A stretch of 62,668 nt of DNA, counting the filler, from Dirinaria sp. TL-2023a (taxonomy: Eukaryota), in the NCBI GenBank assembly GCA_051941275.1. It is 38 parts of 38 records of this genome, joined end to end, with 100 filler letters (N's around TTAATTAATTAA, not from the genome) between each part and the next. Parts side by side here need not be neighbours in the genome. Positions count along the whole stretch, not along the records: positions 23,397 to 24,954 come from JAVEBF010002651.1; positions 25,055 to 26,608 come from JAVEBF010002652.1; positions 26,709 to 28,258 come from JAVEBF010002653.1; positions 28,359 to 29,906 come from JAVEBF010002654.1; positions 30,007 to 31,554 come from JAVEBF010002655.1; positions 31,655 to 33,201 come from JAVEBF010002656.1; positions 33,302 to 34,847 come from JAVEBF010002657.1; positions 34,948 to 36,492 come from JAVEBF010002658.1; 30 more parts are not named here. One strand, 5' to 3'. Below, piece after piece: positions 23,397-36,592 of the stretch; positions within the stretch are counted from its first letter, which is position 1, and every line of letters starts with the position of its first letter. The notes under the pieces are model-generated. The model searched no databases, was not told the origin of the DNA, and worked only from the letters and a program-made list of their open reading frames with translations. The position numbers and the translations under genes are program-made.

Positions 23397-24954
23397 GTAC
23401 TAAAGAGTTCGTAAACATAGTGAGTGATGAGATCTGCGATAGCTGCAGACTCGTCAAAAGTCTCAAAAGAAATAGAGTGTTTGAGAGAGATCATATCGAG
23501 ATCATGTCGTTGCGCGAAAGTTTGATCAATGAAAGCGTGCTCAGAGACATCGAGATCAACAAAAACTTGAAAAAGAATGAACAATTGATTGTTAACGATC
23601 TTGACTATGCTGTCGCTAACAAGTACATGAATGAACAGATTCTTCAACGTCTGTTCATCGTGAATGATCGTACTTGAAAAATTTAAATCTTGAGCAGATC
23701 TTCGAACGCGACGATGTTCAGAGACTATGCGTTTTTCGAGTAATTATGATTATGATCGTGATGATCGTTCGAATCGAGAGACGAAGCAGATGAACTTTCA
23801 TTCGTAAAGACTGCTCGAAGACTAACTTTCTTGATCAGCGAACAGTTCGCAATCTTGTGCTCGAGACTGCCGTAGTACAGATATTGATTATTTGCGAGTC
23901 GATATATTTTGTTGACATTCTTCTCAGCTTGAGTCAAAGATCGACGTGTTTTGTTGATCGACAAATTCATGACACTGTCACCTTCGATGATGATAAAAAT
24001 AGACGTCGAGAGTTCTGAGCGAGTGACGCTAGACTTGACAGAAGTTTCATAATCAGCGGTCGTCGAAATGTGTCTCTTCGATGAATTGAACGAATTGTTG
24101 ACAATGATTTTTAAGACATTCTTCAATCTATTACACTCGTGTTGAAGTTGAAGAATCGAAAAAATTGATTTCGAAGAATTGTAAGCTAGTGCGCTCTGAA
24201 TTTTCACTGAGAGTCCGCGTTTGAAAACGACCTTTGTAGCAACTTGATCATAGTCAGTGTTCACAATGTATTTCTGAAACTCGGCGAGATACTTGACGTA
24301 AAATTTGTTAGCTTGTTTAAGATTATTGATCTTGTTTTGAGCAGTCGTAGTACGATCGAGATCGTCGAATGTTTCTTGCATTCAGATGAAGAACTGCTCA
24401 GAGATATTAATCACATCGATATCATGAGTGAACGATTCGTCTTCGACGATGAATAGAGCTTGATCGACGACGAAGTCAGAAAGTCGTGAGTGTAGATAGT
24501 AAATCATATTACGAAGAGTTTCTGCTTCTGTATCTCTCACGAAATGATCTCGATTGCGATCGATCTTGATGCGACAATTAAAAAGAAACAAGCGTAATTT
24601 CTCGCGTTTGATCTCATCGAACTTATCTGAATTAGAATGTTTCGAGCTTCGCTCTTTCTTGAGATGAGACGTAAGAGAGAAGAGTCGAGTCGCTTCAGCA
24701 GTATGTTGACGGTTAAGATCTTCGACAATTTCGTTGTTAAGATTCAAACGATTATTGAAGTCGAAGACTTGCTTGATAAAGTGATCTTTCATGACTCGAA
24801 GATTTTCAATTACATGAGCGAAGAGATTGTATCAAGCATCGAGATTCTTCTTAACGACTTCACTTCAGACATTCTTACCTTGTTGAGCGATCTCGAGATC
24901 AGAGAGATCTAACAGAGTGTGATAAGATTGATAGCTCTGTGATCTATCATCAAG
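23397..24954 (-). mobile_element. Hypermutated Ty3/Gypsy gag plus protease with G AAA AAC frameshift site
   Basis: Retrotransposon-gag features (LKQ, degenerate knuckle YLYYGSLEHKIANC), SKNA* end, protease-like VFVDLDVSEHAFID in the -1 frame. Confidence 0.85.
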
Positions 24955-26859
24955 NNNNNNNNNNNNNNNNNNNNNNNNNNNNNNNNNNNNNNNNNNNNTT
25001 AATTAATTAANNNNNNNNNNNNNNNNNNNNNNNNNNNNNNNNNNNNNNNNNNNNTGAAACAGTGTTTTTATGATCTGAGCAAGGGTCCAAGTAACTCGTA
25101 ACAGTTGTTAGGGTGTGACACTTGCATAGGGTAAAGTATCTTGTCTACATTGGCGGGCTTCGACGCTATACCTTATCACCTATTGACTACGAAACAGTGC
25201 AGCTTGCGCGTCTTTTGTTGACAAAATCCGCAAGCAAGATGCGATTTCATATCGCGGCCCAGCAGTATTGAAGACCCTCAATGACTGATTCGAAGGGGCT
25301 TGCCAAAACCAAAACCGCTACCGATGCGAAGATAGTGTGCAGACCTTCATGCGTTTCGCATGAGGAATTCGGACAATTTCCTATTCAATAATTGGAAACT
25401 TGCTGATCGTTTTACTGCATCCTTACAATTATACAGTCCAAGCTATTATTCAGATACTGAATCTGATGTATGAATGGTGCAAGGCAACGAATTCATTGCT
25501 CACCTGCATCTACTGCAAGTTCCGGCCTTGTAGTCATTTGGGTAGAACCCGCTAAGCGGAAAACCCCTGACGCAGCTGAGAATTGTGGATGAAGGATGAT
25601 GTACAAGTAATGAGTTTGACCAAGGCTGTAATGATTGACGAACTGTTTGTAGCAATCCTAGAGTGTGGTCTAGTATTCACTCATATCCTCATCTCTTGTC
25701 ACTTTGACAGTGAAATGCTCGATTGAAAAGCTTCGAGGCCAACTAGGTGGACTAGCTCAGGTATAGCAGGGGGTACGACCTGTTCTCGAGGGACGCGTCG
25801 TTTCCAATCACGTCTCAGGCTCAATTTGGCTCAGGCATCTCGATGCAGTGCTTGACCTGCATCAGACGCGCCAGGCTTCTTAGTATGCGCATCCATTCTG
25901 TAGCTTGAAGTTGAATCTCTCAACTCTGGGATCCTCCCAAGATCACTTGAGAGGCTTGGTTTTTCTGTTCACGGGCAGAGTCCTATTCATTTCGGTATCA
26001 GGTGTCATTTGCTGTTTTCCCTGCTAGCCCTCGACCTCATATCGACTTCTATTCGAATTTCCTTTTGGTTTCGAGTAACGCTGATCAGTAGAATATGTCT
26101 TTTGCATCCGTTCGTCTTATGACCGGCCGACGCGTCAAGCGAATTCCGTCTCCAAAGCGCACCCGTTACTGCAAGACAGACCACTGGTAGAATGATGCCT
26201 AAAATAATCTTGGCTTGTGGGTCTCGAGGTGCCTCGACGTGATGAGACTTGAGAGGGGTTGTCGCTGTGCTTCAAAAGACCAGATTGGATGTGGCTTCCA
26301 TACTGCTTGGGGGTAGTGAACCACGTGAACCACGAAGTTTGGGGACTTTCGCCTCAGTGTTCTCTCCAAGCATTTGCCAATCCTAAGGGAAGTGGCCGCA
26401 TTGCACACGACGAGCGAGCTGGCATCTGTATCACTAGTGTTATGTGTCCGTATCTAGAAGCATCACAGACGTTGACACTGTTTGTGCATGAAAAGCCAAG
26501 CTCACCTTAACTACCTTCTATTTCGGCATCCTTACCTAACTTAGGTAAGGTGGGATCTAGGGTTACTGGATTTCCGCCAGAAGGGGCGTTGGTGGGACAA
26601 CCCTAGTCNNNNNNNNNNNNNNNNNNNNNNNNNNNNNNNNNNNNNNNNNNNNTTAATTAATTAANNNNNNNNNNNNNNNNNNNNNNNNNNNNNNNNNNNN
26701 NNNNNNNNAAGAATCTCAATCTCCCATCGCCACAGCCAGTCTCCTCCCAACCCCTTCACCCCCGCTATTCATTGGCACGGAGCGGGGGTTCTGCTTTAGA
26801 TAAAGTTAGTCGCGGTCGTGGCTGAAGTTGGGGAAGGCGCATTACTTACCAGTCCAGCA

Positions 26860-27842
26860 CTAGAAGCTGGTCTTGTACCAGTCCTCCCCGCTAAGATCCT
26901 CCATCCCGCTGACGTGAAACGCATCGAACTCGTCTCCGGCGAAAGGATCGTAATAATACCCCTCTAGGCTCAAGGGGTCAAAGGCGAGGTTATGGGGATA
27001 TAGGCCCACATACTGGTCGAGCTCGTCTAAGCTGGGCCACGAGATATTGAGATGCTGATCTTGAGGTCCGACAAAAGGCTCATCGGTAGAGGGCAGCTGG
27101 GAAGAAGTGGCCATTGTGATTGATTCCAACGGCCCTTGCTCCGCCTCTCCCGCGTTAGCCTTGCCCGCGTTAGCCTTGCCGAGCCCATTGGTATAGGAGT
27201 TCTCGAGAACATCCTCGACCGACTTGTTTGTCGTAAGCATATGTTGATCGAAGCGTCCAGTGTTGCAGTTGAGCTTCTGGTAGAGGGTTGTGCGGCCTTC
27301 GGCGTCGACAACGAAAGTCCATCCAAGGGTTTCGAGGTACACTTCAGGAGTTACCATCTCAACAAAGCCGGTGTTGACTTTAAGGAACTTTTGAAGAAGT
27401 TCGCGGTCGCGGATGTCTTTCTCATCACGAATGATAGAATAGGCTTTAGCCAGAATAGCCCACTTAGCCTTGAATGGGTCGTGCTCCCAAAGCTTGGACA
27501 AGAAAGGTGAGTTCTCCTTCTGTTGCAAGCCTTTGAAGATCTTTGCATAGTACGCTGCAAGCCTATTAGGCTATGCTTCGTTCGAAGCGAATGGAAAGGA
27601 TTTCATAACTTACCGCGGAAGGCAAAGAAGGAGTTGAGAGGTCGTTGAGTGTTTCGCTTTGGTAGAGCGCTCAATTTGACGCCGTATTTGTTCGGAAGGC
27701 GATGGTAAATTTTCTTACCCTTCTCGCGGGCCTTGAAAGCAGATCGAACTTTTGGCGTGGTTGAGCGAACGATATTGGTGGTGGCACGTTTCTCGGGGAC
27801 CAATTGGCCGGTAAGGCGCTGGTGAGTCACTTGGCCCATCAT
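26860..27842 (-). CDS. MAT1-1-1: Mating-type alpha-box transcription factor; intron 27613-27555; about 307 aa
   Basis: RPLNSFFAFR^AYYAKIFKGLQQKENSPFLSKLWEHDPFKAKWAILAKAYSIIRD alpha-box with an intron at the usual position (GTAAGT, CTAAT, CAG). Confidence 0.95.
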
Positions 27843-28358
27843 TTTGCTAGGTTGAGAGTGATTTCAAAGTGAGATAGGAAGATTCCTTGACCAGCAAGTG
27901 AAAGTGAGATTATTATGATACGTGATAGCCAGCTATCCCAAAAAGCAATTGCAACGTCGGTGTAGGATGATATACAGTTGTGTGCGGCAATGGAGAAATG
28001 TTTGGGTTGTCATGGTGAGGTTGGGAGGTCGAAACTCGAAGACAATGACTTATCTGCCGCTACCAGAACAAAGAAAACTAGCGGCTCGATTCACCAAAAC
28101 CCTCACAGGTGATCTAAGCGCCCGACTACTGTAGCCTGATTTTCACAACACCAGGGCTAGATACATGATTTCCATGTCATTTCTACTTTTCTACGAGAAC
28201 CTTGCTTGTTTTGCCACTCTACTTATTCGTCTGGTGTGTCCTCTATCAGAAGACTCATNNNNNNNNNNNNNNNNNNNNNNNNNNNNNNNNNNNNNNNNNN
28301 NNTTAATTAATTAANNNNNNNNNNNNNNNNNNNNNNNNNNNNNNNNNNNNNNNNNNNN

Positions 28359-29052
28359 TGCAGACAACAAACTCCGTCGTTTTGCGAGTTTGGGATGGGT
28401 AATTCAGGTTCGATCGGACATTTCCTGGACTCGAACCGGTCACGTCCTTGTGATGGACATGGATCTCGGACGTGAGCATCATCCATGGTTCGTTCTGGCG
28501 TCACGATGGCCATCAGATATCGATAATGCCAATGGAGAGTTCACTGCCTACGCGGAAGAGAAAGTTCTCTGTAACGATTCAACGCAGCCAGGGGTGCTGC
28601 CCGGAGGAAACAATCGCACTCCAGTAGCCAAGGTCTATGCACCTAACGACAACGATCAGCCGATGCCGAAGCGATTCGGACCCGACTTCCACTTCGAAGT
28701 GGTCAGATTCGGTGGAAATAGGACGTACGACAAAGATATGAACATGTACGGCCCGGATCTGCCTCATGTGATGGAGTGGCACTGGGACGCTGCGACCGGC
28801 GAGGAAGTCTGCTTTTATAAGAACGGTAGAGAGTATATGAGGTACGATCGCACGAAAGGGCAATATACCTACCCGGAATGGGAGCAGTTGCAGCAGTCTG
28901 TTACGGGAGAATCAGGGATGTTTGGAACTCTCATGCCGCCTCAGCTTGCCATGACGGTTATACCACTGTCCGCTCCATCGAGTGGCATACCATCAGCTAC
29001 GTCCGAGCATCGGAGAAGAGAACGCGAAACATGCACTATGGCAGATTTTTAG
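28359..29052 (+). CDS. Hypothetical protein, probably 5'-partial
   Basis: ORF of at least 220 codons, aromatic-rich (HHPWFVLASRW, MEWHWD), followed by a U-rich 3' region. Confidence 0.65.
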
Positions 29053-30199
29053 TAAGGTCTTGAAGGTGGATTTTTGATTTTTCATGTACATACATAATCT
29101 TTACTCCGTAATATTTTGAAGCCTCAACTCCCATCCCCCCCCCTCCTCCTGCTCTTGTAGAGCCATTGTTCATCTACACACTACATTTTTGACTCCTTCC
29201 TCTTTTCTCACGCATCCGCACTTTCGCAGGTCTTCTATTTAACCTCTTTTTTTTTTCTCTTTCTTAGTTTCCGTGTATTGAACTCTCAATATTTCTGCTT
29301 CCCAATAATACTTGTTTCATAATCTTCTTCATGCACGAAATTATACGTTTGTTGATTTTCTCGTGATCGTGATTGTGCCCACGACAAAAAGATCTATTGC
29401 TTTTTGTCTTCTCTTCATCTTAATAAAGATAGTGCAGATACTCAAACCTAGATAAATCCATCATCATCACCGTTTCTATGTGCTCCTTTCACAAAACATC
29501 CTCTTTCCCCCCCCCTCTCTCCAACCTCCTTTCTCTACTCCCATACTAAATCCTCACTCACCGACCAACATCCCCGATACCCACACTGAACCGCCTTCAA
29601 AATTTGTTTTCATTCAGAGAATATTCGTCGTCGTCGCCGTTGTATATATTTCTTAGAAAATGAATAATAAATGAAATTATAAATACGAGTAAAAAATCGA
29701 GTTCAGGGCATAGATAATTCTAAAGCACCGTCTTGAAACCAAATTCTTTTTTCTTTTTTTCTTTAATAATAAGAAAGAAAAGAAAAAGGACAAACCCTCA
29801 TCTCATCATACCCTACCTCCTATCTCCCTTCACTATACCAATCCAATCCAATCCCTCTCCAATCTTTAAACCCCCCCCGGCATTCGAAGTCACTATCTTG
29901 ATAATCNNNNNNNNNNNNNNNNNNNNNNNNNNNNNNNNNNNNNNNNNNNNTTAATTAATTAANNNNNNNNNNNNNNNNNNNNNNNNNNNNNNNNNNNNNN
30001 NNNNNNAGGGATATTCGACATCGTAAAGCTCAAACGCTGTGGCTACAAACATCATTTCTGTATTTGATCACGAAAGCTCGTTGCGCTGGAAGTGGTTGCC
30101 TTCGCTGATGCTGGAAAAGTTTGTTGTCTTGCCAGCGGCTTCTGAATGCCTGAGCATGACTGAATCTCAGTTGCTGCTTCTCCCAAAGATAGATCAAAG

Positions 30200-30830
30200 C
30201 CACTTCTGATCATTTTATTCCTAGATCATCTCGCTTGCCGAATTTAGCAAAAGCAATTTTTGAATAGCAAATGCTTGGTTTGTGACTTACCTCGTCATTC
30301 ATTCAATTATCGTATGTAAGGTCGTTGTGTTAGGAGTGATTTCCATGACTGACTTTGAAAAAGTTCGCTTCCTCATCAAAAGCTTCTGAACAGTCCGCTT
30401 CTGGCAAAAGCATGTAAAAGCTAATTCTAATCAGATACTTTGCTGGATCATCTCTTGCTGGGTTCAGTAGAAGCATCTGTTGAATAGCAAATGCTTGTTT
30501 TTGGCTTATCCTGCCAATCATGCAACTACTTTATGTAAGGTCATTCCGTTAGAAGTGATTTTCACGACTGATACTGAAAAAACTCGCTTCCTCGTCAAAA
30601 ACTTCTGAAAAGTCCGCTTCTGGCAAAAGCGAGTAAAAGCTGGTTCTGATCAGATACTTTGCTGGATTATCTCTTGCTCGATTTAGCAAAAACGTTTGTT
30701 GAATAGTTAACGCTTGGTTCGTGGTTTACCTTGCCAGTCATCTAACCATGTAAGGTCCTTGCAGTAGGAGCCGTTGCTATGGCTGATGTTGAAAAACCTC
30801 ATTTCTTTATCAACAACCTCAGAATACCCA
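30200..30830 (-). repeat. Degenerate tandem repeat of about 219 bp (about 3 units), each resembling an exon plus intron
   Basis: 30330-30548 aligns with 30549-30763; GTAAGT/GTAAAC...GCTAAAT...AG recurs on the minus strand. Confidence 0.7.
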
Positions 30831-31913
30831 AGCATGTCTGGATCTCAGTTGCTGCTTTTTGCCGAAGTGAGCTGAAGCCAACTGAGATCAATTACCCTTG
30901 CTAGATCTTCTTTCAGACAGTGGCTGTCTCCGGACTTGGCAGAACTGGTAATCGATGACCGACTTGCGGCGCCGTTACTCGGCGGGCTCCAGTCCATTCA
31001 GGAAGAGAGTTTCATCTTGATGCTGCTGTTGAGGTCCAGGGATTGATATTGCAGAAATATTCTGTGCTTGAAAGCGTCGCAGAAGACGCTTTGCTCCCTG
31101 TTCTTAGACTTTCTATTGTTGATGTACTGAGGCAATTTGAAAAAGCGTGTTCTGACAGACGTTTTTCTTGGTCGAAGAGAGCTCGCGCTTCTGTCTGTTT
31201 GTTTTTAGAGCAGCGCGTCCGTGAAGAGAAATCTTGCTTACCATCAGTGAACAATGACATAGTAGGTACAAGGCATGCCATGGAAACTTCTGCATGGATA
31301 GAGTCGAATACACAACACTGAACAAAGATGCAGACCATGTATCTCAAACTCTAGGAGCTCGGCTTTTTCGCTGAATACTCAATATGTTCCCTCCCTGAAT
31401 CCGTGTAGAGCCAAGAAATCAGTTTTGACCATATATCCATTCAATAGCCATGGTACAGACCTCATAAACACTCGCTCTAGGATAGTGCCCACTTACAGTG
31501 ATCCTAAGCTCTGGAACCGGAGATCTCCGTATTGACCTTAAAGTCCATGTCTCANNNNNNNNNNNNNNNNNNNNNNNNNNNNNNNNNNNNNNNNNNNNTT
31601 AATTAATTAANNNNNNNNNNNNNNNNNNNNNNNNNNNNNNNNNNNNNNNNNNNNGAAATGATATATTTTGATTAATGCGTTTAATCGTTCGATTCGATCA
31701 ACACTCACGTTTAATAACAATCGATTTGAAATTGAAATTCAAACACGATTTGAATTTTTGAAATTAATTTTTGAGTTGATAAAAAAACGAATATGTATAA
31801 AAATTTTCGATTAATTTACTGAGTTTAATATCATTAGCGCCAGCGTTAATTCGATTGTTTTTCGAATAAAATCGAATTTCACATAAGCATTTCGTCATGA
31901 TTGTTCTCAAACA

Positions 31914-32583
31914 TGTCAGGACCTGCACAGCACTCAATGACATATGGGTACAAATAGACTAGGACACTATCTATAAGGAAGAAAAGAAGGAAAGAACCAG
32001 AAGAAAAAGAAGTATAGGTACAGAAGGTGCAAGCAACAAATAGGGGGTCGGGTATGCGAGTAACACTGTGAGGTGAAGGGCCTCGTTTAGGGGAGCTGCG
32101 TAGTAGAAGCGAAGCTGCAGGCGAGGCACAGACACACCGCGTGGACGCGGACGACGATTCTTGCTAATGAGTGAGAGGGACAAAAGAGCAGGTTGCTTCT
32201 ATTGCTAAGACTAATAACTGAGGAGCCCAAAAGAAGTGAGCGACCCGCTTCTTCATTCGAATACGCTTGCTCCCCCTTTGCTACCTTGACTCCTAAATCC
32301 GACCTCGCGCTAGACTCTATCGAAACGCCCTAGGCGAGGTTGGCGTGGCCCTAACTCGCGCTCCAATAGCAAGCGAGGTCAGTTATCACGAGGACTATCT
32401 TGTCTTCCAAGCAGGCGAGGCTCCGTGCGACGCTCCTGAGGCCAAATTCCCCTAAAGCCGTCACAAACACGCCTAGAAGGGTATAGAGCAAACCCCTTAA
32501 TATCAAGGTCCTCCAGGGTCCTAAGGGTCCTCCAAGAGAGGCACGTGACCACACATAGATGCTTCCAGGTTAGGTTTATGACA
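31914..32583 (+). mobile_element. Solo LTR family C carrying a nested solo LTR
   Basis: TG...CA termini, TSD AAACA (31909-31913 / 32584-32588); colinear with 61931-62187 apart from the insert. Confidence 0.9.
32067..32465. mobile_element. Nested solo LTR (399 bp)
   Basis: TGTGA...TCACA termini, TSD AACAC; the empty site is visible at about 62079-62083. Confidence 0.9.
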
Positions 32584-32806
32584 AAACATAAATCGTTAAC
32601 GATCAAACATAAATTGTTAAATTTTTTTCCCGATCAATGCTCATTATGCGACGATTTCATTGATTTTGTTAACATGTTAACGTTTTACATACGAAAACAA
32701 ACAAATCGCGAACAAAATAAATTTAATCAGGAAAACGATATATTATTTTAGCCATCAATTAAAACTACCTTTGAATTCGAAGAGCTACTGAGGGTTATCA
32801 CTGGCG

Positions 32807-33201
32807 ATGGGGTCCGCGATTCACCCTGATCGTCGCGGTGAGATGAACGCGGTCGGCGCGACGCCGACAAGTGAACGAGGCACCATCGAGACGCCTTCGC
32901 AGAGAAGAATATCAGAATCGGGCGAAATATTGAATGAGGTAAATAAGATTGTGAGGCTCTATGAATCTAAGGGAATCAATGTCAGCGAAATGATGCCGAT
33001 GACTGAACTGCACAATCTGTTCGACATGATTCGCGCAAAGACGCGTCAGAGCGAAGTCGCAATTATCTCGATCACACAAAATGATAACGACGCGATGATT
33101 GCGCGACTTGAGAAGATGATCAGCAGGCTTGAAAAAGCTGTACAAAAGGAGAAACACGTGCAGAAAAAGAGCAATTGAGCGAAGATAACGATCATGAGCA
33201 T
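32807..33201 (+). mobile_element. Probable LINE ORF1 N-terminus, mutated
   Basis: IHPDRR start, coiled coil, then N*A (TGA where a Trp-Ala motif is expected). Confidence 0.45.
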
Positions 33202-34947
33202 NNNNNNNNNNNNNNNNNNNNNNNNNNNNNNNNNNNNNNNNNNNNTTAATTAATTAANNNNNNNNNNNNNNNNNNNNNNNNNNNNNNNNNNNNNNNNNNN
33301 NCCAGGTCCATACTTCATCCTGCGTCGCATCTTAAGCCCCAAGAAAGCCAGTAGTGCAACGGCTCCGACGACAAAAATGATGAATACGATAAGGGTATAG
33401 GTGATGCAGTGCTAAAGTACGACAATGTCAGCACTTTTTCTCACAAGGATAGCAGATACGTCGAATGAGTTCAAGAAGGGAAACATCACTTACAGGATGG
33501 ATCACAAGAGGATTCGAGCTCTTTCCATGCACGGTGCATTTTGATTCGATTCGGACCATGTTTGCGGTGATGGAATAAATTCTAGAATTGCGGTGCTTAT
33601 ATTGTTTTTGTAGAAGTTTATTAGATTTGGAGTTGCTGGCTTTCGAGTTCCGGACTCAGATGTACTGGTGAGATTAGTTCTAAACTCCAAGGACGAAGAA
33701 CGTTTAACTTTATAGCTTTGTGTGACTGGCTGGTTGCCAAAGGTCTTTGTAAGTTGAAGGTTAACAAAGCCAGTGACAAAAGCATTCAAGAATCTTATTG
33801 GGCTCGTTTCAATCCTGGAAGTGAGTTCTTTATCTTCGGTGCGCAGGACAATGAATTTTCCACGCTTTGCCGAGATCCAACGGAACATACGTTCTCGACA
33901 CTCTCGGCCTAAGCCAGATTTTATCGAATGGTAAAGGCAAAAATAGCTTCATTTCTGTAGTAAATTGAAAATTCCTTGATCTTTGTTTTCATTCGACGGC
34001 TTTCTGTTTCATTCCCACGGAAAGCACTGTTCGCTCCTCTGCATAGTCATCGACCTGAGTCCTGACGGTTTGTAATTCAGTTGCCAAATCTCTGGAACCG
34101 GCTATATCCATTATTTCTTGGGTAGCTTGTCGCGTGCGTCTTTTGGCTGCTGATGCACGAGCCGGAAGCCTCCGACATATGATGTACGCGATCATTTTGC
34201 GGTTCTTCAACGGAAGTGAAAGAGCTCAAAGCTTCTTATCATGCTCATTTTATTCAGATACGATTGAGAAGAACCTCGGTATTGGAATCACCAGAAATCG
34301 TCAAGCGCGAATCATCCGGTTTGGCTAAACTCACTACCTTAAAGAGGTGATCGGCCGACTGCGTATGGGTGGAAAAGACACACATAGGTCCAATAGATAC
34401 AGAGATGAACTTCTCCGGTCTCTCTCAGTCGATTGATTGACTCAGTGAGTGTGATTCCCCAAGCGTAAAAAAGCTCAATCACCAAAAGCTTTGAGAACCT
34501 CGGAAGAATCTCGGGCTTGGCGCTCAATTTGCCAGCCGACGAGCCTGTATTAATTATCGATCCAGAAGCTCAGTCTCGTATCTTATCACAGTTCATATTT
34601 CAGAGTACCTTACTTGTGATGCATTGGAAGCGCATCTCGATCACTGGTAACATAGCGCGCAACTCAGAGTATTGCTGACTAGCCAAGGCTGATCCTCTGA
34701 GTGGAGAGAGTGGCTACGAGTAAAGCGTGGTTTACTCAGACACCATTTGAGACCTCTAACTATAAACCACCCACAAAAATCCATATATTAACAGCACATG
34801 CTCCATCTCAGGAATGAAAGAAATCTATTAGGGTCTAATGTCTCTATNNNNNNNNNNNNNNNNNNNNNNNNNNNNNNNNNNNNNNNNNNNNTTAATTAAT
34901 TAANNNNNNNNNNNNNNNNNNNNNNNNNNNNNNNNNNNNNNNNNNNN

Positions 34948-36481
34948 TAGAATCTTTCGGCTGGTGGGTAGTCTTAGGATGCTCTTCCGCAGCTGGGATT
35001 TTATCCTTGACAGCATCAACCTTAGCGAGCTTCTGCCGCACCTGCTCGGCTTCCTTCTCTTCTTTATCAAGTCGATCTTGACGCTCTAAGGCTGCGAGCT
35101 CCTCATCAATCTCGTCCTCGTCAACAGCCGCCTCTCCACGACCAGCGTCTTCCATTACTTGGCCAATTTCGTCGACTTTGCTCATCTCATCCCTCAGGCT
35201 TTCCACAACACCTTCGACCTTCTCCACGCCGCCAACTTGAGCATGCAGATTCCGAAGGACGCCAGAGCTCGCTTCCATTACACGAACAAGGGCCACCTGG
35301 TCCGCAGCTTGCTCGATCTTACCATAGACACCTTCTAACTGTGTCAATGTATCATATCTTTGCGCAAGCGTGCTTTCGGCCGCTTTCTTGGATTTGAGAG
35401 CCGCTAAGGCCGCGACTCTATTTTTGGCTCTAACAGAAGCTTGTGCCTTCTCGTTGAGTGACGCTATTCGGACATCGAGCGCCACAATTTGTACATTCAG
35501 GTCGCCCATGAGTAGCTTGAGAGATGCGATTGTTTTGTCTTCCGTGGATAACATCGTGGAAGGCTCTTCAGGGCTTCTGAACTTGACTGCCTTGTGGTCC
35601 TATGAGCTGTATCCTCACTCATCCCTTACCGGGGCTTACCTGATCATCATACGTGATTGCATGCTTGTCTCGGGCAAGATGTTTCAGTAAAACATTCAGA
35701 TCGCTCTCTGTCAAGCCGCTCTTTAGTTCCATTGCTCTTGAAGCTTCTTTACTGAACATGGCCCTCGGGTATACCCGGTCGACGAGATTCGTTCGCGACG
35801 ACAATTGCGCAAGCACCTTACCAGCAGCCTCCTGAGAAGTCATCAAAAACCTAGTCGTAGATCAAGTTTCTCTCACGGCGTACCTCTACGTTGGCTACAA
35901 CAACATACCGCGCAGTGGGCAACTTCCCCAGTGCCGCGTGTTTCTCAAAGAGGCCCAGCTGCTGCAGACCCCATGAGATAAGCCACCAAGGTTTTATAGC
36001 CCAGCTCCGACTGTATATACTCGTAGGCGCATCGAGAAACTCTTGAAAAGGTATCATATGTCGCTTCGAAACAGCTTCATCCTGGAGTGAAAACCCGTAT
36101 CAGCTTTTCCCCTCGTAGTTCTGTTCAGGCAAGAGATGCCATTACCTACAACAGCGGTGCCCAAAGCGAGCGGCCTGCCCCATTGCTTCGTCGTCAGCGC
36201 CTGGAGCAGCTCCTCGCTTGTTCGGAGTGATAGCGTGTCATGGCTATTTCCTGGGCTGGGTATGAGTCCCGCCTGTGCGGCTTTCCGGAGCGCGTTCTCC
36301 CACGCCGAGACATTGGCAGCGAAGCCATCCGGGTTGGAAGATCGTTGTAGGCTGAAGTCTGAGTAGAGTGAGGGGAGGCGAGCACTGGGGGCATGTTAGT
36401 AGAGGCTTTTTTGGACGTGGATGGTAGGGACCTTCTGAATTGCTCGCTGGAGCTGAGAATGAACTGTAAGAGCTCGCTCAT
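34948..36481 (-). CDS. CHMP7/Chm7-like ESCRT-II/III hybrid (Snf7 family), multi-exon, 3'-partial
   Basis: RLPSLYSDF...NPDGFAANVSAW and WGRPLALG N-terminal motifs; C-terminal Snf7 coiled coil (ALAALKSKK...DEDEIDEEL). Confidence 0.85.
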
Positions 36482-36592
36482 TTTTGGGCGTTNNNNNNNN
36501 NNNNNNNNNNNNNNNNNNNNNNNNNNNNNNNNNNNNTTAATTAATTAANNNNNNNNNNNNNNNNNNNNNNNNNNNNNNNNNNNNNNNNNNNN

